In this document: positions 12,601 to 19,783 of the stretch, piece by piece | Layout: the number at the start of each line of letters is the position of its first letter | How positions within the stretch are numbered: the first letter of the stretch is position 1 | NCBI GenBank assembly: GCA_029932465.1 | Contig: JAOZQA010000003.1 | Coordinates: 6,477 to 70,476, forward strand | Reading direction: 5' to 3' | Source: Thermoplasmatota archaeon | GTDB lineage: Archaea > Thermoplasmatota > Penumbrarchaeia > Penumbrarchaeales > EX4484-36 | DNA: 64,000 nt | Translations under genes and position numbers: made by a program | The notes under the pieces: generated by a model | The model's database searches: none | What the model saw: only the letters and a program-made list of their open reading frames with translations | Told to the model about the DNA's origin: nothing

Positions 12601-14093
12601 GGAATGTTACGACGGAGATAGGCTCCCCACCGGTCCAGCTCAACCTTACCATGAAAGATGCGAGGGAGTTTACGGGAACAGTCTTCTACTACGACACACT
12701 GGGAAAACTTGTAGATAACCTGACGTCCGAGCCAGGGGACGAGATTCTCTTCTCACCTGAGGGGGAGGCTGGATATCTTAGGGTGAACTACAACCGTGGG
12801 GTTTTCCGCGCCAAACTGCCTGTGGGTAACTACTCGGTGAAGATCGTTACTGTGAGGGAGGAGCTAGGTATTTCGATGACCTATCGGTACGAGGGCAAGA
12901 TTACCCTGAGGCTCAACACCACGGCGGATGAGCTTGCCTTCAGGCTTGAGAAGGTCAAAGAATACATAATAAAGATGGACACTGTGGGGGACGAGTACAA
13001 GGATATCTTCATGAAACCGTATCAGACCCTTACAATACCCCTCTACATTGAAAACCGCGGCAATCTGCCTTTTAAAGTAACCTTCTCCTCTTCGGATGTA
13101 CCTGAAGGATGGAAAGTGGAGTACTCTGTGACGGAGATGCACCTTGAGATCGGCGAGAAGAAGTACCTTCACGCCAACATCACCGCCCCCGCCAAGCCCT
13201 TGGCCCTGAACAACATGAAACTTGAGGCCCGCTCTGAGGGCGGGTACAGAAGCAACGTCCAGCTTCTGGTTCGAACGCCTCAGTACCACTCCTTCGAGAT
13301 AATAACTGATGCACCCACCTACAAAGGGGTCGCTTTCGAGCAGAGGCTGACCTACAACCTAACTGTGAAAAATACCGGTAACGGGGATGAAATAGTCCAC
13401 CTCAGAGTTATACCACCGCCGGAGGAGATAGAGGGGTGGGAGGTTCTAATAGAGGGAGATAAGTTGAGCGCAGAGGGCAAGAACCTTTCCCTGGGAGGTT
13501 TCGGAGAGAGACAGCTTCACATCGAGATCACCGTTCCCAACTCCACCCAGGCCTCCTACGGAGACAGCCTACATCTGCTTATAACAGGTGTAGATAGGCT
13601 CGGGCTAAAGAATAAGAGCGTTGAGATGACCTTCGAGATAAGACGTCCCGACCTGAAGGTGTTGGACGTGAAGTTCACAAACCTTGACCTCAAAAACAAG
13701 GTGCTCAATCGCACTGTGGTGGCCAATGTGACTGTTGCCTCCTTCGACAGAGAAGTGGCTGGCGTGAGAGTGGTTCTTAAGGTGGATGGGAAGGAAGTTG
13801 GTAACAAGACCGTGGACTATATACCTCAGGACGGCGCGGAGCATGTAGAGTTCGAATTCAACGTGACAATAGAGGGCATAGAGGAGGACTCCAAACATAC
13901 CTTTGAGGTGGTGGTGGATCCACAGAACGAGATCGAGGAAGAGAACGAAGCGGACAACCTCTACAGGGTGAAAAAACTTGTAGGGGAGGAGCCGCCTAGC
14001 CTTCTCAATCCCAGAGTGATAGCCTTTGTGATATCTATTGTGGTTATGACGGTGATTCTGATCGTCTGGTATCGGAGGAAGCATCCTTTCTGA
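6606..14093 (+). CDS. aglB: Oligosaccharyltransferase AglB (STT3 family) fused to a long stalk of carboxypeptidase-regulatory/SdrD-B-like repeats, CARDB and a C-terminal TM anchor
   Basis: GNDPYYH, FSDHD (DXD), TIAE (TIXE) and WWDYG (8517-8531) in a multi-pass N-terminal region, followed by ~1500 aa of beta-rich repeats and a terminal TM + RRKHPF. Confidence 0.92.
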   Translation: MARKARRGERKRARARREIALGGIAKRAAEQVARREEEIREELVSLKGYLRRERRTVLALLGIFLLAFFLRTYVYYTLSFESWPPVTAGNDPYYHKRVIDYIQTYHTHIRHDSMLNYPVVGGNPRPPIFDWSIALLGMLLGPMFGGARAVTWIIFEFYPAFWGALTVIPVYLLTKQAFDKKSGLLASLFIALTPAHIERSPLGFSDHDSFVVFFVVLSLYFLTRSFSHLPEKKWVADYRKPSEVILGLKRFFEENKLVTGYALLAGLSLSAITLTWEGFPYIMVILVVYYFIQLLIDRFRNTDSLGLFIVMTIVLGLPMFLSLPYYYLFSITTWMVAFFLLLAVLFLGLIIVPTRDYPWLLVLPTLGVIIAVVYLILAKGFPEMAQLIFTGRGYFVKSKLYSTIAEAQPPDISRVIFSFGVAGFFLALTGILLSIMQIPKNLKRDYLLIVVWTTVAIYMALSAVRFVFNATPAFAVLAGWVTWRIVEKFDAKMQSLSLSLLGAGTFLVNLGIISYASDKGLTDEFYVKYFPYIVFAIALAIGYGYYLHMKYRVKNPRFKLRKVTVGVLVGFFIMYPYVVVASDAAVPYEKKRDIDPTGEYMGAFGHSLPGEYWIASFDWLSKQDADLPPEERPAFISWWDYGFWCVYMGQHPTAADNFQYGYQFAGSFIASTDEDEAIALMIARILEGDFIGNQGEFSKEVADIMKDYLNYTTDPSDYMRLVDIYSHPDKYVDEVEARPEVYGHYVDITPMNAKYAAAKVLILSGGEERMVELYGRLREATGKSLRYFAVDSRLFPFSASNTGIFYAPIKLADRDLNDYLEYYAYAQKNYGTDQNPDWRDLPDNPISMDELEKWAKDEPHKYRVKRYELHYTENFYKSMFYKAYIGYGPEDIGMSMDGVSVPAMKGSLQNYPPMQGWNMSHFRLVYRTMYWSPKDEKNSTTEDYIPMSYKEAVEKYEKEGGDIKSGLGQGVYYLKYYDGAVISGRVLTKSGVPVPGVRITILDEYGIPHGSVITDEEGRYSLLAPFGECTLLATMGELETAWDRLYQYKAKPDSREPENLLNLTRITITDEQAMRVKDWQIRRNLEVDDLTAEGRIYFDNDDSGSYDDKKDTPLEDVKVTYTMLGGDYQAVNYTNFQGYYSFYSMPPGHYHVEMEYMGFKKVLSEDLEISPSSEKKQDGALKPAQIHGYVRLHGGGQAVGAEVRLTEAEGGRDYSAVTDENGYYSIENMLPGEYKVTIDREGFMINESSVGLQEGSNVSHNLTLLPVSTCTVRVTVPGELAGGEEFSPSMALVRFVMRDTPEWRYSFFTGENGMVEATLPKGIYAVHVEYTSGERTFAAIGEVDTRMGGTFFLNITLDEAFTVYGNVTKLENMAMKYQWIRFTPQNSTGVTYAFTGPNGLFQIALPKDTYAVYIEEEIPGSINTHQFFGWLYSPPGEYVEVHYHALKSAKVSGRAFWDLNDDGIYTDAQNRTLREFLTNPAGNVTDLAMEGVRVTVSSENGTITTYTDANGEYEVNLMPGIYRLEASFGGMVSEPAYISVEDEPITMNEGLKDINLRLSSEPREVSLRVFYTRDGERVPASGLPVKVESLLDYITLNETFVAGLEGELTVSLTPGYYRLTVHTEYPGEPRVLYNGSSSIVVPPGEGIYPIEFEIEKWVEQELTVRYDGVDLNSVTLRFISVSREYSFVTDQEGRARVYLPEGNYTVALSHLFGVHHLLYIQQHSLIEGIWDLPESVEPVEGYEFSGRVVVESVYLKDYALSLKLPYYSESVPLDSTGAFTAYLLPGRVYNVSFDLKAGVNVEILYVYSDTIEADGDMTGVEIRPREYVKVEGTVFYDENDDHFIDKEERKGGANITFTDEVFGDVYTVQADEEGDYSIYLPRSLFSIEVELEGFQREPKDYARKINTTVEVKKDIPVLPSPLEVTGLAFYDENGNGFRDTGEILLPGAEVRFIAISFTGEDATVEVSYDGTYTAYLMPGTYTVYALYERAGQLRYSCIRNVTTEIGSPPVQLNLTMKDAREFTGTVFYYDTLGKLVDNLTSEPGDEILFSPEGEAGYLRVNYNRGVFRAKLPVGNYSVKIVTVREELGISMTYRYEGKITLRLNTTADELAFRLEKVKEYIIKMDTVGDEYKDIFMKPYQTLTIPLYIENRGNLPFKVTFSSSDVPEGWKVEYSVTEMHLEIGEKKYLHANITAPAKPLALNNMKLEARSEGGYRSNVQLLVRTPQYHSFEIITDAPTYKGVAFEQRLTYNLTVKNTGNGDEIVHLRVIPPPEEIEGWEVLIEGDKLSAEGKNLSLGGFGERQLHIEITVPNSTQASYGDSLHLLITGVDRLGLKNKSVEMTFEIRRPDLKVLDVKFTNLDLKNKVLNRTVVANVTVASFDREVAGVRVVLKVDGKEVGNKTVDYIPQDGAEHVEFEFNVTIEGIEEDSKHTFEVVVDPQNEIEEENEADNLYRVKKLVGEEPPSLLNPRVIAFVISIVVMTVILIVWYRRKHPF

Positions 14094-14101
14094 GGTTTAG
14101 G

Positions 14102-15937
14102 TCATAGAACTGAGTAGAAGTCGGGCACTCCTTCCTCCCCTAAGGAGAACTCGACGCTTCTTCCCTCACCGAGGAAATAAAGGAAGAGGTGGGAGAGCTG
14201 CCCGCTTAGCAGGTCAGCACTGCTGGGAAAGCCGTGGGGCTGGGCGAGTATGAATCCTCTTCTCTTGAGCTTGTCCTTAAGCGCTCGGATGGCGGGTACT
14301 GTGGATTCGCCTTCTGTAAACCCTTTGAGGGCCAGGCCGAACTGCCTCTTCTTTATGAGTTCTTTTATTTTCTCATTGATCCCGTCAGGCACAGCCCCCT
14401 CTAGAAGCGCAAAGAGGAACGGCACCATCCCCTGGACCTCCCCTCCATATGTGAGTCCACGGCCTCCTATGCCCCCGCTGTACCTGAAGGAGTACTTGAC
14501 GGACTTCTCAAGGCTGTAAGTAGTTCCGAGTTCCTTCTTTATCCGCCGAAGGATCTCCTCCTCCCCCAGGTATCTTTTGAGAGATGCCTCATCCAGGGTT
14601 ACGGTGCTCAGGAGCTCCTCAAGTTCCTCCTTTCTGAAGCCCCTAGCACCCCACAGTCCTTTCTCCCCTCTCTCTTCCATGACAATGTTTCTCCAGCCGT
14701 GGAAGTAGAGGAGTGACGCTAAGATACCCTTCACTTGGTCCGACGACTGGCGGGGTAGATACACAAGAAGGGGCGGGAGATTCCCCTTAAGAAGACCGTC
14801 TATCGCAGCGCTCTTCCTTCTCTCGTAGGCATCAATACTCTCCTTCAGGTTCTCCTCCTGCCTCTTCAGGTTTATGATCTCCTCCACATAGTATCTCAAA
14901 CGCTCCCGCTCCTCCTCACTGGTGCCAACATCCTGTCTCTCTCTGAGGTTAGCCCTCAGGTCCTCCCAGCGCTCCCTCGACCTTTCCCAGTCTTCCACCG
15001 GGAGGTCCTTGAGCCTGATAGGCTTCGTCCTGAGAAGCTCGTTCAACCTCCTTCTCACGTTCTCAAGGTTCTTATAGAGTAGCGGTAGGGTCCTGTTGGC
15101 CTCAGAAAGAACCAGTCCCACGAATCTAACGGCCTTGACCGTTATCTCCTCAGCTACCCTGCTGAGCCTCCACGCTTCAAGGGCTTTCTCAGAGGTCACA
15201 CCAACGTACCGCTTGACATCCCCGGGGTTTGAGAAGAGCTTCCCCACCACCTCAAGTTTTTTTTCCCTCTCCCCTAGCAGAAGTGAGGCGCTGACGGAAA
15301 GTAGAAGGAGAGCCCTCTCCCTCTCACTACCCCCTACCCACCTCCTCAGAAGGCTCTTCTTCTCAGAGAGCTGCCAGAGGTTGTCAGAGAGAGCAGCAAG
15401 GTGCAGCAGAACCCTCCGATACCTGTCGTCCTTGAATGGATCGGAGAGGGCGAACTCTATCATGCTCTTCCTGCCCCCCTCGGCTATATGAAAAAGGTAG
15501 GACGAGAGAAGGGCGGTGCATGAGGGGTATGTAGCTATCCCTTTATCGGACTCCCCCTCCCCTTTCTCTCGGGGTGGGCTGACGATGAAGTGTCTCTCGT
15601 TCAGAAGCTTGGTGTTTGTGTGAGGGAGGTGGTGGTCTATCACCACGACGTTCTCCTTTTCCCATTCTGGTCTTCTTATGTCCAGAAATACGTGAAGGAG
15701 GCCGTCAGCCAGCTTCACACTGAACATTTCGGAATGGTCAAGGGGGAGGAAAGCAAGAGGCTTCCTGCCTCGCAGGCGCTCTAGGACGTCCTTGAGCAGA
15801 AGTGCGCTGTTCAACCCGTCAACGTCATTGTGGAAATGGACCTTTATCCCGTCGTAGGTCTCCAAATGGCCTCTTAGGGCTTTGAGAAAGCTCTTGGCCT
15901 CTTCTGCATCTACGTCGCACGGCACCTGCTGGGACAT
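14102..15937 (-). CDS. Divergent DHH-family phosphoesterase (RecJ/NrnA-like) with a coiled-coil insertion
   Basis: HNDVDG, FLD, IDHH and ALSD motifs, plus degenerate DHHA1-like 'GGIGGRG..YGG'. Charged helical segment at residues ~270-380. Confidence 0.7.
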   Translation of the reverse strand: MSQQVPCDVDAEEAKSFLKALRGHLETYDGIKVHFHNDVDGLNSALLLKDVLERLRGRKPLAFLPLDHSEMFSVKLADGLLHVFLDIRRPEWEKENVVVIDHHLPHTNTKLLNERHFIVSPPREKGEGESDKGIATYPSCTALLSSYLFHIAEGGRKSMIEFALSDPFKDDRYRRVLLHLAALSDNLWQLSEKKSLLRRWVGGSERERALLLLSVSASLLLGEREKKLEVVGKLFSNPGDVKRYVGVTSEKALEAWRLSRVAEEITVKAVRFVGLVLSEANRTLPLLYKNLENVRRRLNELLRTKPIRLKDLPVEDWERSRERWEDLRANLRERQDVGTSEEERERLRYYVEEIINLKRQEENLKESIDAYERRKSAAIDGLLKGNLPPLLVYLPRQSSDQVKGILASLLYFHGWRNIVMEERGEKGLWGARGFRKEELEELLSTVTLDEASLKRYLGEEEILRRIKKELGTTYSLEKSVKYSFRYSGGIGGRGLTYGGEVQGMVPFLFALLEGAVPDGINEKIKELIKKRQFGLALKGFTEGESTVPAIRALKDKLKRRGFILAQPHGFPSSADLLSGQLSHLFLYFLGEGRSVEFSLGEEGVPDFYSVL

Positions 15938-15946
15938 CTCCCACCC

Positions 15947-18900
15947 TCACAGCTCATCGTCTTCATCCCAAACGACATATCTTCTGCGCCTTCTGGGGGT
16001 TCTTTCCTCCCCCGGCTTTTTGAACGAGATCTCCTCAACCTCCGGAGGGGGGACGGAAGGTGCCTCTTCCTCTTCCGGGTATTCCTCCTCCGGCGCCTCC
16101 TCGATCTCACTCAGTTTTTCCTCTTCTTCGGGTATCCCCTCACCAGCCCCCCTCATAAACTCTTTAAGGTCCTCCTCCTTGACCTCCACCGCTGCCGGCT
16201 CCACCGGGGACGGCATAGTCTCTTGGGTGGTCACCGCCGGGGGTGCGGCAGCCTCACCCTCCACCATTTTCTTCAGCGTCTCCACGTCTGGCTCCACCCC
16301 GTAGAGCTCTTTGTACAGCTTCCTCTGTTCAGCGAAGGGGTCCTCTACCATTCTCTTTTTCAACCTCATGTTGTAAATAAGTGCCCCTGCTACAGTTATT
16401 ATTACCATGGCCACGATGGTAAGCGGGAGATATTCACCGAAGACCTTCTCCCTCAGATAGGCAAGCGCTGGGTATTTGGACCTAGGCTTGACCAGGACCT
16501 CAACGCTGTATTCAGGGGAGGTGTAGCTTGTCTGTCCATCCTCACAAACAACTCTGAGGCGGAAGCTGTATACCCTCGCTTTCGTATCCTTCTCCGGAGT
16601 GAAAGCGACTCTCAAGGGGTATACTGCCCCGGGGGGCAAGGTGAGGGAGTAATCCTTGTAGTATAGTTCCAGTTTGATCCACTTCTCACCCGCCCCCTCC
16701 CCTTCAAGGTACACGGTCACGTTGTCGGACAGGTGTGCTTCATTTGTAATGGACACCTCCACCACGAGGGCATCTCCTCTCTCCAACGACCATCTTCTTG
16801 GACCAGTGAAGTTGATGCCGAAATCTATAACCTTGAAAATGTCTCTTTTTAAAGAGGAGAAGTTCCCACCGTCCCAGGCGAGGATCTCCACGTGGTATAT
16901 GCCGTAGGTGAGGGGCTCGGTGAAGTTGAGGTTAGGGCTCTTGCACCATTTCCAGGGAACTATGTCTCCTGAAGCCCAGTCCCTGCCCACTTGAACAAGA
17001 TAGCTCACTGCCTCCCCCTCCGGATCCACAGAACCTCCCCACGAGATCCCCGGGGCGGTGTAGGCGAAGAGGCTCTTGAGAAGTGGGCCGGGGGCTGGTG
17101 GGGGCAGGTCCCCGCTGGAGAGCACGGTGAGGTTGGCCTTGAGGACGTTGGAATTGGAGTGTGAATCATTGGCCACCACCTCCACGAAGTATTTGCCTAC
17201 CCTCAGGTTTACGCTTGCCGGAACGTCTATGAAGTTGTACCTTCCGGTGCTGACCCAGTCCATCACAGTGGTTCCAAAGGTGGCTTCTAGGATTCTCACC
17301 CTGTAGGTTATAGTATCGTTCTCTATGTCCTCTGCTGGATCCCACCATATATGTGGGGTTCTGCTGGCGGTGGTGGAGGGATATATCCTCCCTGTGAGAA
17401 CAGGGGGATAGTTGTCAGGGATTCTTAAGGTGTACCTCACCGGCCCGTAGACGTACCACCCAGTGTCCGCCAGGTCCTTGGCCCGGAACTTGATCATGTT
17501 GAGGTTACCCTCTGTGAGCCTGAAGTGGAACCATATGGTAACGTCACCATGCTCTTCTACAGTGTAGTTTTCCACCTTCTTCCAGGGGGTATAGGGGAGG
17601 ACTTCTGAGTGACTATAACAGTATTCAATGGAAGAGATGTTCACCCCTGACACCTCAAGATCCGGCTGATAGAGGTCCCTATCGTAGACGATAATTGAGA
17701 CGTTTATGTCAGGGAATATCTGAGTTTCGTACGGGCTGGGCTGGAGGTTTCTGAACTTCACCTTTATCGTGTCTATCCAGATGTTCACAGGAGGTGACTC
17801 GTTCAGGTTCCCCACCCTGTCAGTGAACCGCCATTTCACCCAGTTGTACTTTCCTTCGTTGGCCTTGACGTCCAGGTAGGCGTAGACGCTTCCGTTGGGA
17901 AGAACGCTGACATGAGGAAGATCTCCCACCCCAGTGTAAATGTCCGAGCCCAGCGTTTTGATGTAGGCTCTTATACTGCCGGGGGCTACTCCTGCCACCC
18001 CGATATCCTTTATCATGAGGTAGCATCTCACATAAGAGGTGTTGTACCAACGGGGGATTATGGGGCCGTAGTCCAGCACTATGGGCTTTGAGAGGTCAAG
18101 TATGGGCCCCGGGTGTACAGGGGAGATGAGGGGCTCTGTCATATCCCCTGACATCACCTCATAACGGTAGTAGATTCTGCCACTACTCCACTCCACTGTG
18201 GTGGTTGCAATCCAGAGGGAGCCCGCCGTATTGTCTCTCTCGCTCTCGGCGGGTCTCATGACGGTTGCCTCTCCTATCTGTTCTGTGCCGTTTTTGTCAG
18301 CGAAGAGCAGGAGGCGGGGATAGCCGGCTGAGGGGTCATCACCATCTATGTCCCTGTACCAGAGGGTGAAGGTGAACTCCGTCTCGTTTGTCCCAATCTC
18401 GGGGGTGAAGCCCCTGTCCTCGAAGATGGGCGGGCGGTTCTGACCGGTCAGGGTCTCGCTGTAGCGGGCGAAGTATATGTCCGAGCGTGTGAAGAGCTCG
18501 TCTCTGTGGTCAGCCCACACAACAAGGGGCCTTCCTATGGAGTTGAAGGCGAGGTGGGGATCCTCCTGCTTTGTCTCGTCGTCGGCGGTGCCAAGCGTCC
18601 GCTGGGTGTCGTCCACCCTCCTGGCGCCCGTCCATGTGGTGCCGTTGTTTATCGTGTAGGTGAAGTAGATGTCTCCTTCGTCGTGAGAACGGTCCACCCA
18701 GGTTATTCCCACCATCCCCGGGGAGAAGACGGCCACCCTGGGGTTTAGCTCAAGGCCTCCTTCAGGGCCGTTATAGGCTAGCATGTTCATGGTGAAGTTC
18801 CTACCATCCCTGGTGGTGGAGTAGTAGATGTCGTAGGAGCCGAGCCTGTTATCGGACCAGACTATGTATACCAGGCCCGTAGAGTCCACTGCCAGGTCCG

Positions 18901-19726
18901 GGTCGTTCTGGGAATAGGGTTCCAGATCGTCATTTACCCTTCTCTCAGGGAGGAAGGTGTCGCCCCTGTCGTAGGAGACGGCCATGAAGATGCTGAAATC
19001 CCCCTCCCTCTGGTCGCTCCACACTATGAAAACTTTCTCTCCGTAAACAGCGATCTTGGGTCCGTACTGGTCCACACTGAGACCCCCAGAGTTCACCCTC
19101 TTCTCCCCTATCCACGTCACACCTCCGTCCTCAGATCGGGCGAAGTAGACGTGGAACTTGCCACCCTCTCTTTTGTCAAGCCAGGTAAGGTAAAGGGTGC
19201 CGTCCTCACCCACAGCCAAGGAAGGATAGATGGCATCTCTTATTGAGGTGTCAACCCTTCTGTGGGTGGAGAAGTTCACATAGTCCTCGCTCCAGACCAC
19301 GTATACGTGGTAGTAATGGACCCCAATGTAGATCTCCTGGTCATCGCTGTAGGCTACGTAGAGAGTGCCGTTGGGTGCGAAAACGGCGGTGGGGTACATT
19401 TGGTTGGAGAAGTCGTTGCTTGAATTCAAATCCCTTCTGGAATCGTCCACTTGTATCTTTTCACTCCAGGTGTAGCCGCAGTCGGTGGAGCGCGCCATTG
19501 AAATATCCCAGTTGGTGTAGAAGTAGTCCTGATATATCACGAAGAGGTCGTCCATTCCCCTAGTGAGGATGACCGGGCGCCTCTGATGGCTGCCTGTGGA
19601 GTTCCAGTTCACAAGGATGCTGCTGGAGAAGCTGTCTCCAGCGCCTTCGGTGTAATGGGGGATAAGGTAAAGTCCAGACAGCAGAAGGGTAAATAAAACG
19701 GCGAGGCCGAGCATCTTTCGCATCAT
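15947..19726 (-). CDS. Membrane-anchored surface protein with BNR/Asp-box (sialidase-like) propeller, Ig/FN3-like domains and an acidic cytoplasmic tail
   Basis: Signal peptide after SD GGAGGT. Asp-boxes ARSTDCGYTW, ARSEDGGVTW, VSYDRGDTF and YTINNGTTW. TM near the C-terminus followed by a Glu/Pro-rich tail. Confidence 0.8.
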   Translation of the reverse strand: MMRKMLGLAVLFTLLLSGLYLIPHYTEGAGDSFSSSILVNWNSTGSHQRRPVILTRGMDDLFVIYQDYFYTNWDISMARSTDCGYTWSEKIQVDDSRRDLNSSNDFSNQMYPTAVFAPNGTLYVAYSDDQEIYIGVHYYHVYVVWSEDYVNFSTHRRVDTSIRDAIYPSLAVGEDGTLYLTWLDKREGGKFHVYFARSEDGGVTWIGEKRVNSGGLSVDQYGPKIAVYGEKVFIVWSDQREGDFSIFMAVSYDRGDTFLPERRVNDDLEPYSQNDPDLAVDSTGLVYIVWSDNRLGSYDIYYSTTRDGRNFTMNMLAYNGPEGGLELNPRVAVFSPGMVGITWVDRSHDEGDIYFTYTINNGTTWTGARRVDDTQRTLGTADDETKQEDPHLAFNSIGRPLVVWADHRDELFTRSDIYFARYSETLTGQNRPPIFEDRGFTPEIGTNETEFTFTLWYRDIDGDDPSAGYPRLLLFADKNGTEQIGEATVMRPAESERDNTAGSLWIATTTVEWSSGRIYYRYEVMSGDMTEPLISPVHPGPILDLSKPIVLDYGPIIPRWYNTSYVRCYLMIKDIGVAGVAPGSIRAYIKTLGSDIYTGVGDLPHVSVLPNGSVYAYLDVKANEGKYNWVKWRFTDRVGNLNESPPVNIWIDTIKVKFRNLQPSPYETQIFPDINVSIIVYDRDLYQPDLEVSGVNISSIEYCYSHSEVLPYTPWKKVENYTVEEHGDVTIWFHFRLTEGNLNMIKFRAKDLADTGWYVYGPVRYTLRIPDNYPPVLTGRIYPSTTASRTPHIWWDPAEDIENDTITYRVRILEATFGTTVMDWVSTGRYNFIDVPASVNLRVGKYFVEVVANDSHSNSNVLKANLTVLSSGDLPPPAPGPLLKSLFAYTAPGISWGGSVDPEGEAVSYLVQVGRDWASGDIVPWKWCKSPNLNFTEPLTYGIYHVEILAWDGGNFSSLKRDIFKVIDFGINFTGPRRWSLERGDALVVEVSITNEAHLSDNVTVYLEGEGAGEKWIKLELYYKDYSLTLPPGAVYPLRVAFTPEKDTKARVYSFRLRVVCEDGQTSYTSPEYSVEVLVKPRSKYPALAYLREKVFGEYLPLTIVAMVIITVAGALIYNMRLKKRMVEDPFAEQRKLYKELYGVEPDVETLKKMVEGEAAAPPAVTTQETMPSPVEPAAVEVKEEDLKEFMRGAGEGIPEEEEKLSEIEEAPEEEYPEEEEAPSVPPPEVEEISFKKPGEERTPRRRRRYVVWDEDDEL

Positions 19727-19783
19727 ATTACCTCCAGATGGCCAGGGGCTTATAAGCATGGGGAATATAAAATATTTGGCAGG

